Assembly: GCA_046314355.1 (NCBI GenBank)
Contig: JBKBWQ010000001.1
Span: 544,001-608,000 of the forward strand
Direction of reading: 5' to 3'
Length of the DNA stretch: 64,000 bases
Source: Candidatus Altimarinota bacterium
Lineage (GTDB): Bacteria; Patescibacteriota; Gracilibacteria; 1-14-2-50-48-13
Below, in pieces: positions 11,544-22,128 of the stretch. Position 1 is the first letter of the stretch; every line of letters begins with the position of its first letter. A program made the position numbers and the translations under genes. Below the pieces are notes generated by a model. That model searched no databases. It had not been told where the DNA came from and saw nothing but the letters and a program-made list of their open reading frames with translations.

Positions 11544-11843
11544 TTACATTCGGCATTCTTCAGCCTCTAATCCCTCCTCTTCATCAGACACATCCTTCCA
11601 TTCTCCATGCCATGCTGGCTGCAGAGGGAGAGTTGCTCTCGCCTTAGCAAGCGCCTCCTGCACATCTTCTGTCTCCGTTTCTAGGATATATTCTAAATAT
11701 TTGCGGAGTACTTCTTCAAAGGCCTCTAAGTTTCCTTCTTCATCTGTACAGTTTGAACAATAGATATTTTTAATATCGCCTGCTCCAAAATCAATATGCT
11801 CTTTCATTTCTCGTCCACAACTTTGACAAACTGGGAATTCCAT
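11544..11843 (-). CDS. putative zinc-ribbon protein
   Basis: CQSCG..YCSNC followed by a helical region ending LPLQPAW. Confidence 0.8.
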   Translation of the reverse strand: MEFPVCQSCGREMKEHIDFGAGDIKNIYCSNCTDEEGNLEAFEEVLRKYLEYILETETEDVQEALAKARATLPLQPAWHGEWKDVSDEEEGLEAEECRM

Positions 11844-11917
11844 ATGAAGGTAAGGGAAAGTGGAAATATATGGATCTAGTATACAGAGTATTATGTGTGC
11901 TGACTAGAGCAAAGAGA

Positions 11918-11995
11918 GTAATTGGGCTCATATCATTAGGCTTCAATGACTGAGCTCAATTATTGGAGCCTAATGATTGCGCCTTTAATTATCAA
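11918..11995. repeat. ATTGAGCTCAAT-type palindromic array, copy 2
   Basis: TCATTAGGCTTCAATGACTGAGCTCAATTATTGGAGCCTAATGA, near-perfect palindrome centred on GAGCTC. Confidence 0.9.
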
Positions 11996-14635
11996 TTACA
12001 ACATTACTTCTCTCTGCTTTTTTCTTCCTCTATAATACCAGACACCCATTCCTGCAGCTGTGAAAAGGAAGAATGCTATTGGTCCTGACTGAACTTTAAG
12101 TGCGTTGCTGTAGTTTTTACTTTCGCTCTCTCCGCAAAGGGCAGTTACTGCAAAGTAATAGTTCTGAACTTTTGTGTCCATTGTTGGTACTTTATATTCT
12201 GTACCCGTTACCTCTACTGCAGGAAGGTTATAATAACCCGGCTCTGTACCAGCATGTATTCTATATTTTTCTGCTTTATAAGCACTATCCCATATGAGAT
12301 ACTTTTCTTTATCTTTAATGACCATTCTGAGATTGAGCACATCACCTGGGATACATGTAGTAGCAGGTGCAGGTTTCCCTATCATTGGCGTAGCTGAGAT
12401 CTCTTCACTTTGAAGCAGAGGTCTGCCGTCTGCGCCAAGTCCCTGTATCACAATATAGTGTGGCTTACCAGATGCTAGTGCATCTATTACTGCAGTTGTC
12501 TTCCCTTCTACAGTTACAGCTTTGATGTACTGTTTAGGTGTTACACCATAGAGTACTTTAAAGCTTGTAATAGGCGTACTGCTTGCTGCCATTTCCCAAA
12601 CCACATTAATTTTATCAATATCGGCAGTGGCAACAGCATTCTTTATTTGAAGAGTATCAGGAGTTGTAATTGCTTTTACATCTCCCTCTTTGATAGGTGC
12701 ATCATTTGGTCCCATCACAGCAAATTTGAAGTAGTATGTGGTATTTGGAGCAAGATTCACAAAGCTGTGTTCCAGTTCAGTAGGCAGCAATGGAATATAA
12801 TTACTCATTGTAGATGCACTTACTGAATAATATATTCTATAGCTGGTAATGCCTGAGATGCTCTGTGGAGCTGTCCAAGTAGCCTTGACAGTAGAATCTC
12901 CATCCAGCGCAAAGTTCACGCTTGAGACATCAAATTCCGGAGCTGTGATAACTAGTGGTGAAGTGGATGGTACGGTACCAGTAATCCCAAGTTTATTTTT
13001 TACCTGAATTTGTGGATCATATGATGCTGGAGTCTGAGGAAGAGTAATAGTTCCTGTATATCTTCCTGGAGTTGTGATCTCTTCTAAGAGAGTATACTTT
13101 ACATTATCAAGGACATAGAGCGCTTCAGTAAGCTCTGGCTCAGACTCAAGTATTACTTTGATAATCTGTCCTCCTGTATATGTAGCCTGTGCTGGATCAT
13201 ATGTCAGAGATTTCACCCATGCTTCAGAGGTTCTAAGCACGATAGACACGGGAGTTGATACTGCTATGACATTTCCTAGTGTATCATATCCCTTTACACT
13301 TAGTATGTGTGTTCCTTCAGTGAGGCTTGTCAGTGTTGCTTGAAAGTTACCTGAAGCATCTGCTACAGCCTGTCCTATTTGATCATTGTTATCAAAGATT
13401 TTAAGGTTCATAGACGGTCCTGCAGTTCCACTAAGAGGTATTTCCTTTGAGGTAATAATTCCATCCTGAGGTGAGAGAATAGTAATACTAGTAGTACTAT
13501 TGCCTCCCGTAGTACTGTTTTTTACAGTAATAACGTCCTTCAGAGTTGAATCCATTTTGTCTTTCACTTCAATAATCTTTGTACCTTCTGTCAAAAACCG
13601 TACAGCTTTTGCAAATATCTTTCTACCTGCAGGCTGCTCTCCTCCTGTAAATGTATAATCACTTGGAAGAATTGCATTCGTATCATCTGACGTAAATGTA
13701 ATCGTTCCTTTATAGTCAAGTGCCGGCTGTCCATCAATAGTCGTGACATCTATGATCACATCAAAGAGTTCTCCAACTTTTACTTCTCCAGTAGGGATCG
13801 TAGTTATCTTTATCTTAGCAGCAGCAAGGCTTCCGTTACTTGTGGAACCAGAGCTTGTAGTATTCTGGGCAAGCAGGCTTGCTCCAAAGTAACTTGTCCG
13901 TTGAGATCCAGCCTGGCTCTCATTTCCACCCATTGCTTTTGTGCCCTGATAGAGTACAGAGACACGTTTATCAAGAATCTCATTTGTAGTGAGATTTAAA
14001 GCACTTATAGTCGCTATTCCCTCTTCCAGTGAAGATACACGGAATATGACCTGTCCGCGATTACTCGTCATATTTCCTCCCGGCTGCGTAATCACATCAC
14101 CACTTCTGCTTGAAATAAGTTTTACCTGGTGATCTTTAATAGGATTTCCATATTGATCTTTAAGAGTCACCGTGATTTCAACCGTATCATTTCCATTTGC
14201 TTCCACTGCATATTTATTTGCAGCAACATCTGAAAGAGCTGCAGAAGGCTTATCTGCAAATACTTCAAAACTAGAATACGTTACCTGTTTTGAATATTGA
14301 GGTAAGTATGAAGCTATTTTATATATACCTGTAGACTGTAGATGAAAACTATTTATTTCTAATTTGCCATACCCAGCCGCGTCCGCTGTGGTAGGTAATT
14401 TTACTACTGTGCCGTTTGGTTTACTAAGCTCTAGCATAATATCTCCATGAGAATCAACCTGGGATGTTTTGATTACCGTCGTACTTCCAGCAACCGTATC
14501 GTTTGCATATGCTGTTACCGATGTAGCATTGGAGTATGCATAAGCAAATGTGGGAGAAAAAATTCCACCTATGAAAACCAGCAATGTAGCCATTGCCAGA
14601 GCCCTGTTACGGATTGTAGAAAGGAATAAGTTCAT
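11996..14635 (-). CDS. secreted surface protein with Ig-like (Big-1) and FN3 domains
   Basis: Signal peptide; ITVTLKDQYGNP (Big-1); FN3 W/Y patterns (NLAPNTTYYF); C-terminal TM plus basic tail. Confidence 0.85.
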   Translation of the reverse strand: MNLFLSTIRNRALAMATLLVFIGGIFSPTFAYAYSNATSVTAYANDTVAGSTTVIKTSQVDSHGDIMLELSKPNGTVVKLPTTADAAGYGKLEINSFHLQSTGIYKIASYLPQYSKQVTYSSFEVFADKPSAALSDVAANKYAVEANGNDTVEITVTLKDQYGNPIKDHQVKLISSRSGDVITQPGGNMTSNRGQVIFRVSSLEEGIATISALNLTTNEILDKRVSVLYQGTKAMGGNESQAGSQRTSYFGASLLAQNTTSSGSTSNGSLAAAKIKITTIPTGEVKVGELFDVIIDVTTIDGQPALDYKGTITFTSDDTNAILPSDYTFTGGEQPAGRKIFAKAVRFLTEGTKIIEVKDKMDSTLKDVITVKNSTTGGNSTTSITILSPQDGIITSKEIPLSGTAGPSMNLKIFDNNDQIGQAVADASGNFQATLTSLTEGTHILSVKGYDTLGNVIAVSTPVSIVLRTSEAWVKSLTYDPAQATYTGGQIIKVILESEPELTEALYVLDNVKYTLLEEITTPGRYTGTITLPQTPASYDPQIQVKNKLGITGTVPSTSPLVITAPEFDVSSVNFALDGDSTVKATWTAPQSISGITSYRIYYSVSASTMSNYIPLLPTELEHSFVNLAPNTTYYFKFAVMGPNDAPIKEGDVKAITTPDTLQIKNAVATADIDKINVVWEMAASSTPITSFKVLYGVTPKQYIKAVTVEGKTTAVIDALASGKPHYIVIQGLGADGRPLLQSEEISATPMIGKPAPATTCIPGDVLNLRMVIKDKEKYLIWDSAYKAEKYRIHAGTEPGYYNLPAVEVTGTEYKVPTMDTKVQNYYFAVTALCGESESKNYSNALKVQSGPIAFFLFTAAGMGVWYYRGRKKQREVML

Positions 14636-14752
14636 CTTTGTATTTTAGAAATTTCTGTTTTTGTTGTGAAAACTTTCTCCTTATTATACTAGAAAAGACC
14701 TGCGAAAGCAAAAGTCCTCTTCTTGCGTTATTCTATTTTTATTATAACTAGA

Positions 14753-15709
14753 CTAATTTGGACGAGCACAGCTTGCACCTTTTTTACATGTGATCACCTT
14801 ATCTTTTATGCGCAAGTCTATATATGAGTACTCTCCTCCAGTAAGTACATCTGCTTTTAGGTCAGTAAGAAAGCTCTTCAGCATATAAAGCTGAGTATCT
14901 AGATCTTTTTCTACAGCGAAATACACCGTTGTTCCGCTTGCAATCTTCAAATGCATCTCTTTTTCAATCGGAAGAAAACTTAAACCCGCAAGTTTTCCAT
15001 CAAAATTTTTCTGATATGTATCTACTACTTTCTGCAGGAACTGCATTTGATCTTTTGTAAAAATCTTTTTGCCGATCTTTAGTTCGATAAACGGCGTAAG
15101 AATTTCTTTAAATTCATCATATACTTTTGCGTATATCGGTATAGTAATCAAAAGCATTGTAGACTGATCAGTCTGCTTTTGATTTGGATCCGGCTGTACT
15201 ATTACACCGTTTGAATTCAAATAGAATTCTGTCTTTAAGCCTTCATTCTTAATGCGGGCAAATACTGGATAAGAACTTACTTTAAGCTGAAGTGCCTGAG
15301 GAAAGAGACGTCTTATTTCTACAGAAGAGAGCATTGGAAAAGTATCCAGCAAATCTTGTCTAAGCTCATCTGTATTTACAAAAAGAATATTCTGTCCCTT
15401 TATTTTTGCCACATACTGCTCTATCTGCTGAGGATTTACATATGCGGAATCCCGTACCACTGAAATACTAGAGATATGAAAGAAACCTGAGACAAATACT
15501 ATTCCCATCACGATACCCATGAAGGTAATGCTCAGACATGCAAGAAAAAACCTGGGAGTGGTAAATTTGGAAATTTTTTTATTAAAACCTGAAGAAAAAG
15601 CCCTAAAAGTTCTTTGGTTTTTTTTCTTCAACTGCGGACGTAGCCTTCTCGGACGTTCAACATGAAGAAGAGTTGAGAGTTTCTTCTTTTGATTACGGAT
15701 ACTCTTCAT
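14753..15709 (-). CDS. ftsQ: FtsQ/DivIB-type POTRA protein
   Basis: Basic N-terminus, TM, POTRA (GQNILF, VEIRRLFP), C-terminal YIDLR. Confidence 0.8.
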   Translation of the reverse strand: MKSIRNQKKKLSTLLHVERPRRLRPQLKKKNQRTFRAFSSGFNKKISKFTTPRFFLACLSITFMGIVMGIVFVSGFFHISSISVVRDSAYVNPQQIEQYVAKIKGQNILFVNTDELRQDLLDTFPMLSSVEIRRLFPQALQLKVSSYPVFARIKNEGLKTEFYLNSNGVIVQPDPNQKQTDQSTMLLITIPIYAKVYDEFKEILTPFIELKIGKKIFTKDQMQFLQKVVDTYQKNFDGKLAGLSFLPIEKEMHLKIASGTTVYFAVEKDLDTQLYMLKSFLTDLKADVLTGGEYSYIDLRIKDKVITCKKGASCARPN

Positions 15710-15715
15710 AGAATA

Positions 15716-17257
15716 TTAATTGGCAGCAAGCAAAGTTCTGTAGTCGTTTCCTACTAAAATGACTATGTCATAATGACTTTGCTGTTCAGCTAGAAAATCA
15801 GATAAAGCAACTTCAGGGAATGCATCCAGCGCATCCTGATTGAATTGAAGTTTTTCTGCGTTAAATAAATTACTTATATGCGGAATATAGGTTTTCATCG
15901 CATTATCGTTCATTGCTACAATCGTCGAAGTTGTAAGCGAAGTCTGGTCAGGTGCATTTACTGACTCTTCAATATTAATTCCGTAAGGCACAAAAGTACT
16001 GCTTATGGATTGTCCGATACCGCTTATTCTCTTGGTACCGGATTTTGTAGCATTCACTACAAGAATTTTAGGATTGCCGCTGTAAAATGCCTGAGAGAAT
16101 AAGAACATCTCAGCAAACTGCTGAAGCTGTTTATAGTATGAAAGATTTCCTGCTGTTGCTCCGCTTGGCAGTAGGACAGAAGCTCCGCCGAAGAGTGCAC
16201 GCTGCGGCACATAAAGGAATCCTCCTTCTTTAGTATAATCATCATGAAAACCAGCAGAAAGAATATGATCTCCCTTTAAATCCTTTGCAAATCCTGCTCC
16301 ACGAAGAATTTCCCGAAGATCCATGTTGGTCACAATATTCTCGCTTACAGCATAGTAAAGACGTTTCAGCTGATTTGGATCTGTCAGATATTGCTTCTCC
16401 ATCACCTTATCTAATACCGCTTTCATGATAGTATGCTGTCTTTCAGAACGATCAAAGTCGGAAGTTGAATGACGGCTTCTCGCATATTTAAGTGCAGTAG
16501 CACCATCAAAATGCCGCATACCTTTTCTTACGGCAAAGGTCTCATATCCATAGGATTCATTTGGATACTCGCGGTCAATAAGATCTCTCGGAACATCTAC
16601 ATCCACTCCTCCAAGTAGATCAACTACTTGAATGAATCCCTGAAAATCAGCTTTCACAAAATACTGGATACTTACACCAGTAATATTTTCAACAATATCC
16701 TGAAGTCCCTGCATACCTTCCTGAACCTCGTTAAAGGTAGGAGGAGTATTAGTTTTTGCAGCATTCGAAGCTCCATCAGCCTTTGTAATCTGACGAAGGT
16801 TAAAGTCATACGCGGCATTAATCTTTGTAGGTCCCATCTGCGGAACATTAATATAGAGGTCTCTTGGGATAGATAAAAGTGCAACCGAATGATTTTGACT
16901 ATCAATACTTGCAACCATAAGTGTATCTGTAAGGTTGGCACCATCATGCTCAGCTCCGCCGATACCTACGATAAGTATATTTGTATGACCATTCGGATCT
17001 TTCTTAAGGTCTTTACCGAAGACTTCTGAAATCCCGGAAATAACCTGAGAAGGAAAATTTACAGAGAATCCCTTAAAAAGACCAAATACATTGATTGTAA
17101 GAATAAGCACAAATACTACACCTAGAAGTGCAACAAGTAATGGAAAGGACTTATATGATTTCTTTTTTTTGCTTGTGTCAGAAACGTTATTTGCGGGTTG
17201 TTGTTCATTATCTACTACACTTTGAGTACGCTCAATATCGCGTTTTATAAATGTCAT
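15716..17257 (-). CDS. LCP (LytR-CpsA-Psr) family protein with LytR_C domain
   Basis: NILIVG, TDTLMV, LSIPRDL, KINAAY, YARSRH, DFDRSERQ. Confidence 0.95.
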   Translation of the reverse strand: MTFIKRDIERTQSVVDNEQQPANNVSDTSKKKKSYKSFPLLVALLGVVFVLILTINVFGLFKGFSVNFPSQVISGISEVFGKDLKKDPNGHTNILIVGIGGAEHDGANLTDTLMVASIDSQNHSVALLSIPRDLYINVPQMGPTKINAAYDFNLRQITKADGASNAAKTNTPPTFNEVQEGMQGLQDIVENITGVSIQYFVKADFQGFIQVVDLLGGVDVDVPRDLIDREYPNESYGYETFAVRKGMRHFDGATALKYARSRHSTSDFDRSERQHTIMKAVLDKVMEKQYLTDPNQLKRLYYAVSENIVTNMDLREILRGAGFAKDLKGDHILSAGFHDDYTKEGGFLYVPQRALFGGASVLLPSGATAGNLSYYKQLQQFAEMFLFSQAFYSGNPKILVVNATKSGTKRISGIGQSISSTFVPYGINIEESVNAPDQTSLTTSTIVAMNDNAMKTYIPHISNLFNAEKLQFNQDALDAFPEVALSDFLAEQQSHYDIVILVGNDYRTLLAAN

Positions 17258-17313
17258 TATATACTTCTCTAAAACATAAAATGCAGTATTTATGATATGA
17301 ATTTTAAAGGAAA

Positions 17314-18825
17314 ATGAAAGATCAAATCCAAATATCCTATAGACAAAGACTCATAGCATTACTTTTAAGTTTCTTATGCGGCGAGGCTCTTCTTTTTGTC
17401 TTTCCTCCCATATCCGTGTCTATATTTATTCTTACTCTAGTCAGCCTACTATTACTATATTTCAGACGTCTTCTATTCTATTCTCTGCTTATATGTCTTA
17501 TATTTTTTGCACTGGGAGGGCTGCGTACATACCATACACTTGAGTCGAATCAGAAACTTAGTATCACTGCACATCAGATGATCTACGAAGCTGAGAAACT
17601 CAAGTCAATCTCAGGCACCATTATTTCACTTCCCATCTACGACGGTACTCAGTATACCTTTACGCTGAGCAGCCGTAAGGATGAGCATCCGCCCTTCATT
17701 CAGGTAAAAACAATGACTTCCAAAAAGCTCAGAATTGGAGATAAAGTAAGTCTTAAAGGCAAATTAGAATTTCCAAAAAATAGCGATGGAAGTACCTTTG
17801 ACTATATAAATTATCTTAAAAAGGACGGGATATTCCTAATAATGAATCGGGCTTCTCTTCTCTCAACAATTCCAAGGTCTCATCTCTCTTTCACACAGCA
17901 GATCAGCGAATATAACCAATATCTCCAAGGCAAGATTAAAAATCTCTGGCACGGAGACGTAGGTGCACTTATCGCAGGTATACTTATTGGTTCACGGGAG
18001 AGTATGTCCGAGGATCTAAAAAATGCTTTTCAGAGAACCGGATTATCTCACATCGTTGCCATCTCCGGCTCCAACATTACAATTATCATTATATTTATAT
18101 TCAGCATCTTGGGATTTCTATCAAAAACCATCCGCATAAGTACTGCGGTGTTGCTCATCATATTATTTACTATTCTTGTCGGTGGCAGCAGTGCAGTTAT
18201 ACGTGCAAGCATTATGGGAATTACAGGATTATTCGCACTACTCTTTGAAAGGAAAACAACTGCGCTGATTTCACTCCTGCTCTCTGCGGTGATAATGTGT
18301 GCAATAAATCCCATGACACTTCTCTATGATATCGGCTTTGCACTCTCTTTTCTCGCAGTACTGGGACTGCTTTACGGAGAAGTGTTTTTTAAAAAGCCGC
18401 TTTCTTATGTCCCGGAAATATTTGCTATTCGGGAATCTCTCCTTATGACTTTGAGCGCCCAAATATTTACAACTCCAATTATGCTTTATTACTTTCAATC
18501 CTTCTCTATTATCGCACCAATCGCAAATCTGTTTATTACTCCGTGGATTCCTCTCCTCATGCTCGTAAGTTTTATTACTCTTGTCCTCTCCTATATTCCC
18601 TTTGCAGGACCATTTGTTTTTTTAGGTGCTGAAGCTGCCAACCTTCTTACAAAATTCCTTATCACTCTTACCCACTTGTTTGCCTCTATACCTTATGCAT
18701 CTGTAACAATTGATTTTCTGCAGAGTATATGGATGTGCGTTCTTATTTATATACTTCTCGGAGTTCTCATCTGGTATCTTAGAACCCGTCATTTCAAGGA
18801 TAATACAGATAGTGTAAAAAAATAA
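17314..18825 (+). CDS. comEC: ComEC/Rec2 competence protein (no metallo-beta-lactamase domain)
   Basis: FDYINYL, GLSHIVAISGSN, AVIRASIMG, GFALSF. Confidence 0.93.
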   Translation: MKDQIQISYRQRLIALLLSFLCGEALLFVFPPISVSIFILTLVSLLLLYFRRLLFYSLLICLIFFALGGLRTYHTLESNQKLSITAHQMIYEAEKLKSISGTIISLPIYDGTQYTFTLSSRKDEHPPFIQVKTMTSKKLRIGDKVSLKGKLEFPKNSDGSTFDYINYLKKDGIFLIMNRASLLSTIPRSHLSFTQQISEYNQYLQGKIKNLWHGDVGALIAGILIGSRESMSEDLKNAFQRTGLSHIVAISGSNITIIIIFIFSILGFLSKTIRISTAVLLIILFTILVGGSSAVIRASIMGITGLFALLFERKTTALISLLLSAVIMCAINPMTLLYDIGFALSFLAVLGLLYGEVFFKKPLSYVPEIFAIRESLLMTLSAQIFTTPIMLYYFQSFSIIAPIANLFITPWIPLLMLVSFITLVLSYIPFAGPFVFLGAEAANLLTKFLITLTHLFASIPYASVTIDFLQSIWMCVLIYILLGVLIWYLRTRHFKDNTDSVKK

Positions 18826-18918
18826 CTTACCTCCCGTGCACGCTTAATTCAGACCTAAGTGGTTTTCAATTCACAAGTATCTGCTATACTCCTTTTGTTT
18901 TATTGCTAACTTATCTGT

Positions 18919-19326
18919 ATGAATCTTCCATTTAGCCCAATGCTCGCGATTACTTTCGTACGTATTGTCGTTGGACTTACAGTACTCTCTGCAGGATTGA
19001 ACAAAATCCTTGTTGCAGGATTTACTCATCCAAATCCATTTATTTCTGCAGTCCTTCCATGGGCAGAAATAGTTGGAGGACTTGGACTTACTTTTGGTGT
19101 CCTCACATTCTGGGCAGCACTTGGTACTTCTATCATGTTCCTTCTCATTACAATAACTATGGGATTCTTTGCAAAACCTGGAGCACTTCAGTTTGCATAC
19201 CATACTTTTATTCTTCTCGCGACAATCCCTCTTACTCTTATCGGAAAAGAGCCTACAAAATGGTCCTTTGATGATTGGTATAAGAAGACTCAGAAAGCGA
19301 AGAATGTGAAGAAGATAAAGGTGTAG
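18919..19326 (+). CDS. DoxX family membrane protein
   Basis: VRIVVG..AGLNK, EIVGGLGL..G, WSFD. Confidence 0.85.
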   Translation: MNLPFSPMLAITFVRIVVGLTVLSAGLNKILVAGFTHPNPFISAVLPWAEIVGGLGLTFGVLTFWAALGTSIMFLLITITMGFFAKPGALQFAYHTFILLATIPLTLIGKEPTKWSFDDWYKKTQKAKNVKKIKV

Positions 19327-19404
19327 GGAAAGTAATTGAGTAAATGAGTAATTAAGTAATAAGGGAGGCTCAAGGTTGAGTCTCTCTTTTTTTGCAAGAT
19401 ACGA

Positions 19405-20145
19405 TTATTTCTTTTCCCACACCAATTCAAATATCTGTCTCATTACATAGGCAATATCAGGATTTTCAATGACGATTCCTTGCAAATATCTATGTGACAA
19501 AATCTGAGTAAATCTGTCATAAATCTCTATTGAGATAGAGCTATCATATTTATCCTTTGGCAGCATTTTTACGAGTACATTTTTTATGGCTCTTGGTCCT
19601 TTTTTATAAAATGTTGCACTTACCTTAGGATCATCCACTGTAAGGATTTTTCTAGAAATTCCAAGTTGCTCATGTTGCCTATTCACTTCTTCAAATAATT
19701 TAAATAGTTCCGATGGAGTGTGATCAATATGGGCATAAAAAGCATGGTATTCCTTCCCTTTAGATACTTTCATAAGCTGCTGAAACATTTCACGAATGCC
19801 ATTTATTCCTTCATAGTATTGAGCTTTTACCTGATGCGAGTTGTTATTGTACAGTGCTTGAAATTCAGGCAATGCTTCTTTAATAAGATTTGCCTTTTCC
19901 TGCATGCGCTCTGAGAGTAACTCTGGAGACAAAGCTGAATATTTCAAGATCTTCCCTTTCGGTTCTTTTCGCACTAATCCTTTTTCAACTAAAAGATCCA
20001 GAATCACATAAACAGTAGATTTTTTTAATCCTGAATGCTTTGCAACTGTATATGCCGTTGCTTTTCCCGCCTGAAGAAGTGCAAGATATATTTTTGCTTC
20101 TTTCTCAGAAAGACCAGTTTGCTTGAGAATGTATTCGAGATTCAT
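19405..20145 (-). CDS. TrmB-family HTH transcriptional regulator
   Basis: GLSEKEAKIYLALL, VYVILDLLVEKGLV, YEGINGI, FELVW. Confidence 0.9.
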   Translation of the reverse strand: MNLEYILKQTGLSEKEAKIYLALLQAGKATAYTVAKHSGLKKSTVYVILDLLVEKGLVRKEPKGKILKYSALSPELLSERMQEKANLIKEALPEFQALYNNNSHQVKAQYYEGINGIREMFQQLMKVSKGKEYHAFYAHIDHTPSELFKLFEEVNRQHEQLGISRKILTVDDPKVSATFYKKGPRAIKNVLVKMLPKDKYDSSISIEIYDRFTQILSHRYLQGIVIENPDIAYVMRQIFELVWEKK

Positions 20146-20183
20146 AAATAGAAAGTGAGTGTTTTTTAAAGTATAGCATAAAT

Positions 20184-20273
20184 AGTCATTAATTTTGATG
20201 ATAATTTAGAAAACACATAAAATACATTTGCAGTAATAGCTTTAGCTAACTTCACTAAAGTTATTAATTTTGA
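20184..20273. promoter_or_regulatory. paired operator-like sites AGTYATTAATTTTGA
   Basis: Copies at 20184-20198 and 20259-20273; the second overlaps the TTGACA of the HAD gene promoter. Confidence 0.5.
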
Positions 20274-20359
20274 CAATTTACAAAATAACCTTATAGATGC
20301 ATTACTTCTTTTGTGAACAGAAAACGAAAGAAAATTGATATAGCTATGGAGGTAAACAC

Positions 20360-21040
20360 ATGGCAATGGTACATCTAGCAGTGAATGGAAAAAGATTCCC
20401 GGGTATTAAGGGGATCGCTTGGGACAAGGACGGAGTGATCGATAACTCCCAGAGGAATCATGCAACAGTCGAAGCAGCTTTATGTAAAGAGCTGGGAGTG
20501 ATGATCAATCCTACAGAGATCTCTCGTAGATTCTCAGGGATGAACACCAAAGAAGTGTTCAGAATCATCTTAGCGGAAGGAGAAGTACATCTTACTTCTT
20601 CAGAACTTGATGATTTATTGGAAAGGAAATGGGCACAGATTCTCACTTCATCAGAACCAATTGTTCAAATTCCCGGTTCAGTAGAATTGATTCAGTTGTT
20701 TTATTCCAATGGTATTTTGCAAACAGTCGCATCAAGCAGCAGAAGAGCTTTCATTGAGAAGTGTTTAAAAGCTCTTGAAGTGGAAAGGTATTTTGTAGCA
20801 ACAGTAGCGGGAGAAGAAGTTTCAAAAGGTAAACCAGCCCCTGACATATTTCTCAAAGCTTCCAAGCTGATGAATGTACACCCTGAAAACTGTCTTGTAA
20901 TTGAAGACGGAGTCTCAGGTGTCATCGCAGCTCAGGCAGCAGGGATGAGAGTCATATTTCTCGGAACCCCTCGTGACGATATTAGACCTGATGCATTCAT
21001 AAGTTCCTTAGATCAAATTACAATTGAGGAAATTGAATGA
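20360..21040 (+). CDS. HAD family phosphatase (beta-PGM-like)
   Basis: WDKDGV, ASSS, KPAPDIF, IEDGVSG; GGAGG SD. Confidence 0.92.
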   Translation: MAMVHLAVNGKRFPGIKGIAWDKDGVIDNSQRNHATVEAALCKELGVMINPTEISRRFSGMNTKEVFRIILAEGEVHLTSSELDDLLERKWAQILTSSEPIVQIPGSVELIQLFYSNGILQTVASSSRRAFIEKCLKALEVERYFVATVAGEEVSKGKPAPDIFLKASKLMNVHPENCLVIEDGVSGVIAAQAAGMRVIFLGTPRDDIRPDAFISSLDQITIEEIE

Positions 21041-21297
21041 GGTTACTCTCATATATACTCATGATAATCATGCTCTGCAGCTGGGGATGGATGCAAAGTC
21101 GTGGAGGACAACTTTCCGATAAAGAGTACTACGTATTTAATACAGGTATGATTTGTGGGCAGATCGGAGTAACTTTGGAAGGACTAATGACTGGAGCATG
21201 GGGAACTATTGCAGTACAAGGTTATTTTTTTATCTTTACCGTCTATGGTATGTATCAGCGTTCAAAACAAAATAAAGAAAATAAAAAGGAGGAATAA
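21037..21297 (+). CDS. small multi-TM membrane protein
   Basis: ATGA overlap with the HAD gene; three hydrophobic segments. Confidence 0.75.
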   Translation: MRLLSYILMIIMLCSWGWMQSRGGQLSDKEYYVFNTGMICGQIGVTLEGLMTGAWGTIAVQGYFFIFTVYGMYQRSKQNKENKKEE

Positions 21298-21389
21298 AAA
21301 ACTTAAAAAGAGTCTCAACTGAGACTCTTTTTCATTATATTTCTAATTTGCTCAATTACTTTCCTCCCATCGCGTTTGACGCGACGAGC

Positions 21390-21944
21390 CTAAAAGCTCA
21401 CCTTCACATTCTTTCTCTCCTCTTCACTATCAAGTTCAAAGAAATCTCTCTTTGCAAATCCAAACATACCAGCAAAGATATTTCCAGGGAAAGAGTCTTG
21501 AGCGATATTTAGACTTCTTACTGCTGCGTTATACTCAACTCTTGATGCATTTACATCATTTTCCACAGACTGAAGTGTATTCTGAAGTTGTAGAAAATTC
21601 TCATTAGCCTTGAGATCAGGATAGCTCTCTGCAACTGCAAAAAGTGATTTTAATGCTCCTGAGAGCATATTCTCAGTCTCTGCATGCTCAGCAGGAGTAT
21701 TTGCCTGCATTGCCTGAGACCGTGCCTCTGTTACTTTTTGAAAGACTTCAGATTCATGCTTAGCATATCCTTTTACAGTCTCCACAAGATTTGGAATAAG
21801 ATCATACCTCTTCTTAAGCTGAGTATCGATAGTGCTCCAAGCCTCTTCAGCACGCACTTTAAGCTGCACAAGATTATTATATATCCCTATCATCACCATG
21901 GCGACGACAGCAATTACGATGAGTAGAATGATTACAGCAGTCAT
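21390..21944 (-). CDS. lemA: LemA family protein
   Basis: YNNLV, RYDLIPNLV, ESYPDLKAN, FPGN. Confidence 0.97.
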   Translation of the reverse strand: MTAVIILLIVIAVVAMVMIGIYNNLVQLKVRAEEAWSTIDTQLKKRYDLIPNLVETVKGYAKHESEVFQKVTEARSQAMQANTPAEHAETENMLSGALKSLFAVAESYPDLKANENFLQLQNTLQSVENDVNASRVEYNAAVRSLNIAQDSFPGNIFAGMFGFAKRDFFELDSEEERKNVKVSF

Positions 21945-22039
21945 AAAAATATATTAGAAAAACAGATAGTTTTAGGGTACTGCTATTTAGGACTCTTTGC
22001 AAGAAAAGTAATAGAGTAAGAAAGTAATTTAGTAAGAGA

Positions 22040-22128
22040 GGAATTGGCATATATTGTTAGAGGTGCAATAATTGAGCTAAATTACTTAATTATTGTGCCC
22101 AATTATTCGAGTCCCAATTACTTGAGCC
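22040..22128. repeat. ATTGAGCTCAAT-type palindromic array, copy 3
   Basis: AATAATTGAGCTAAATTACTTAATTATTGTGCCCAATTATTCGAGTCCCAATTAC. Confidence 0.8.
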
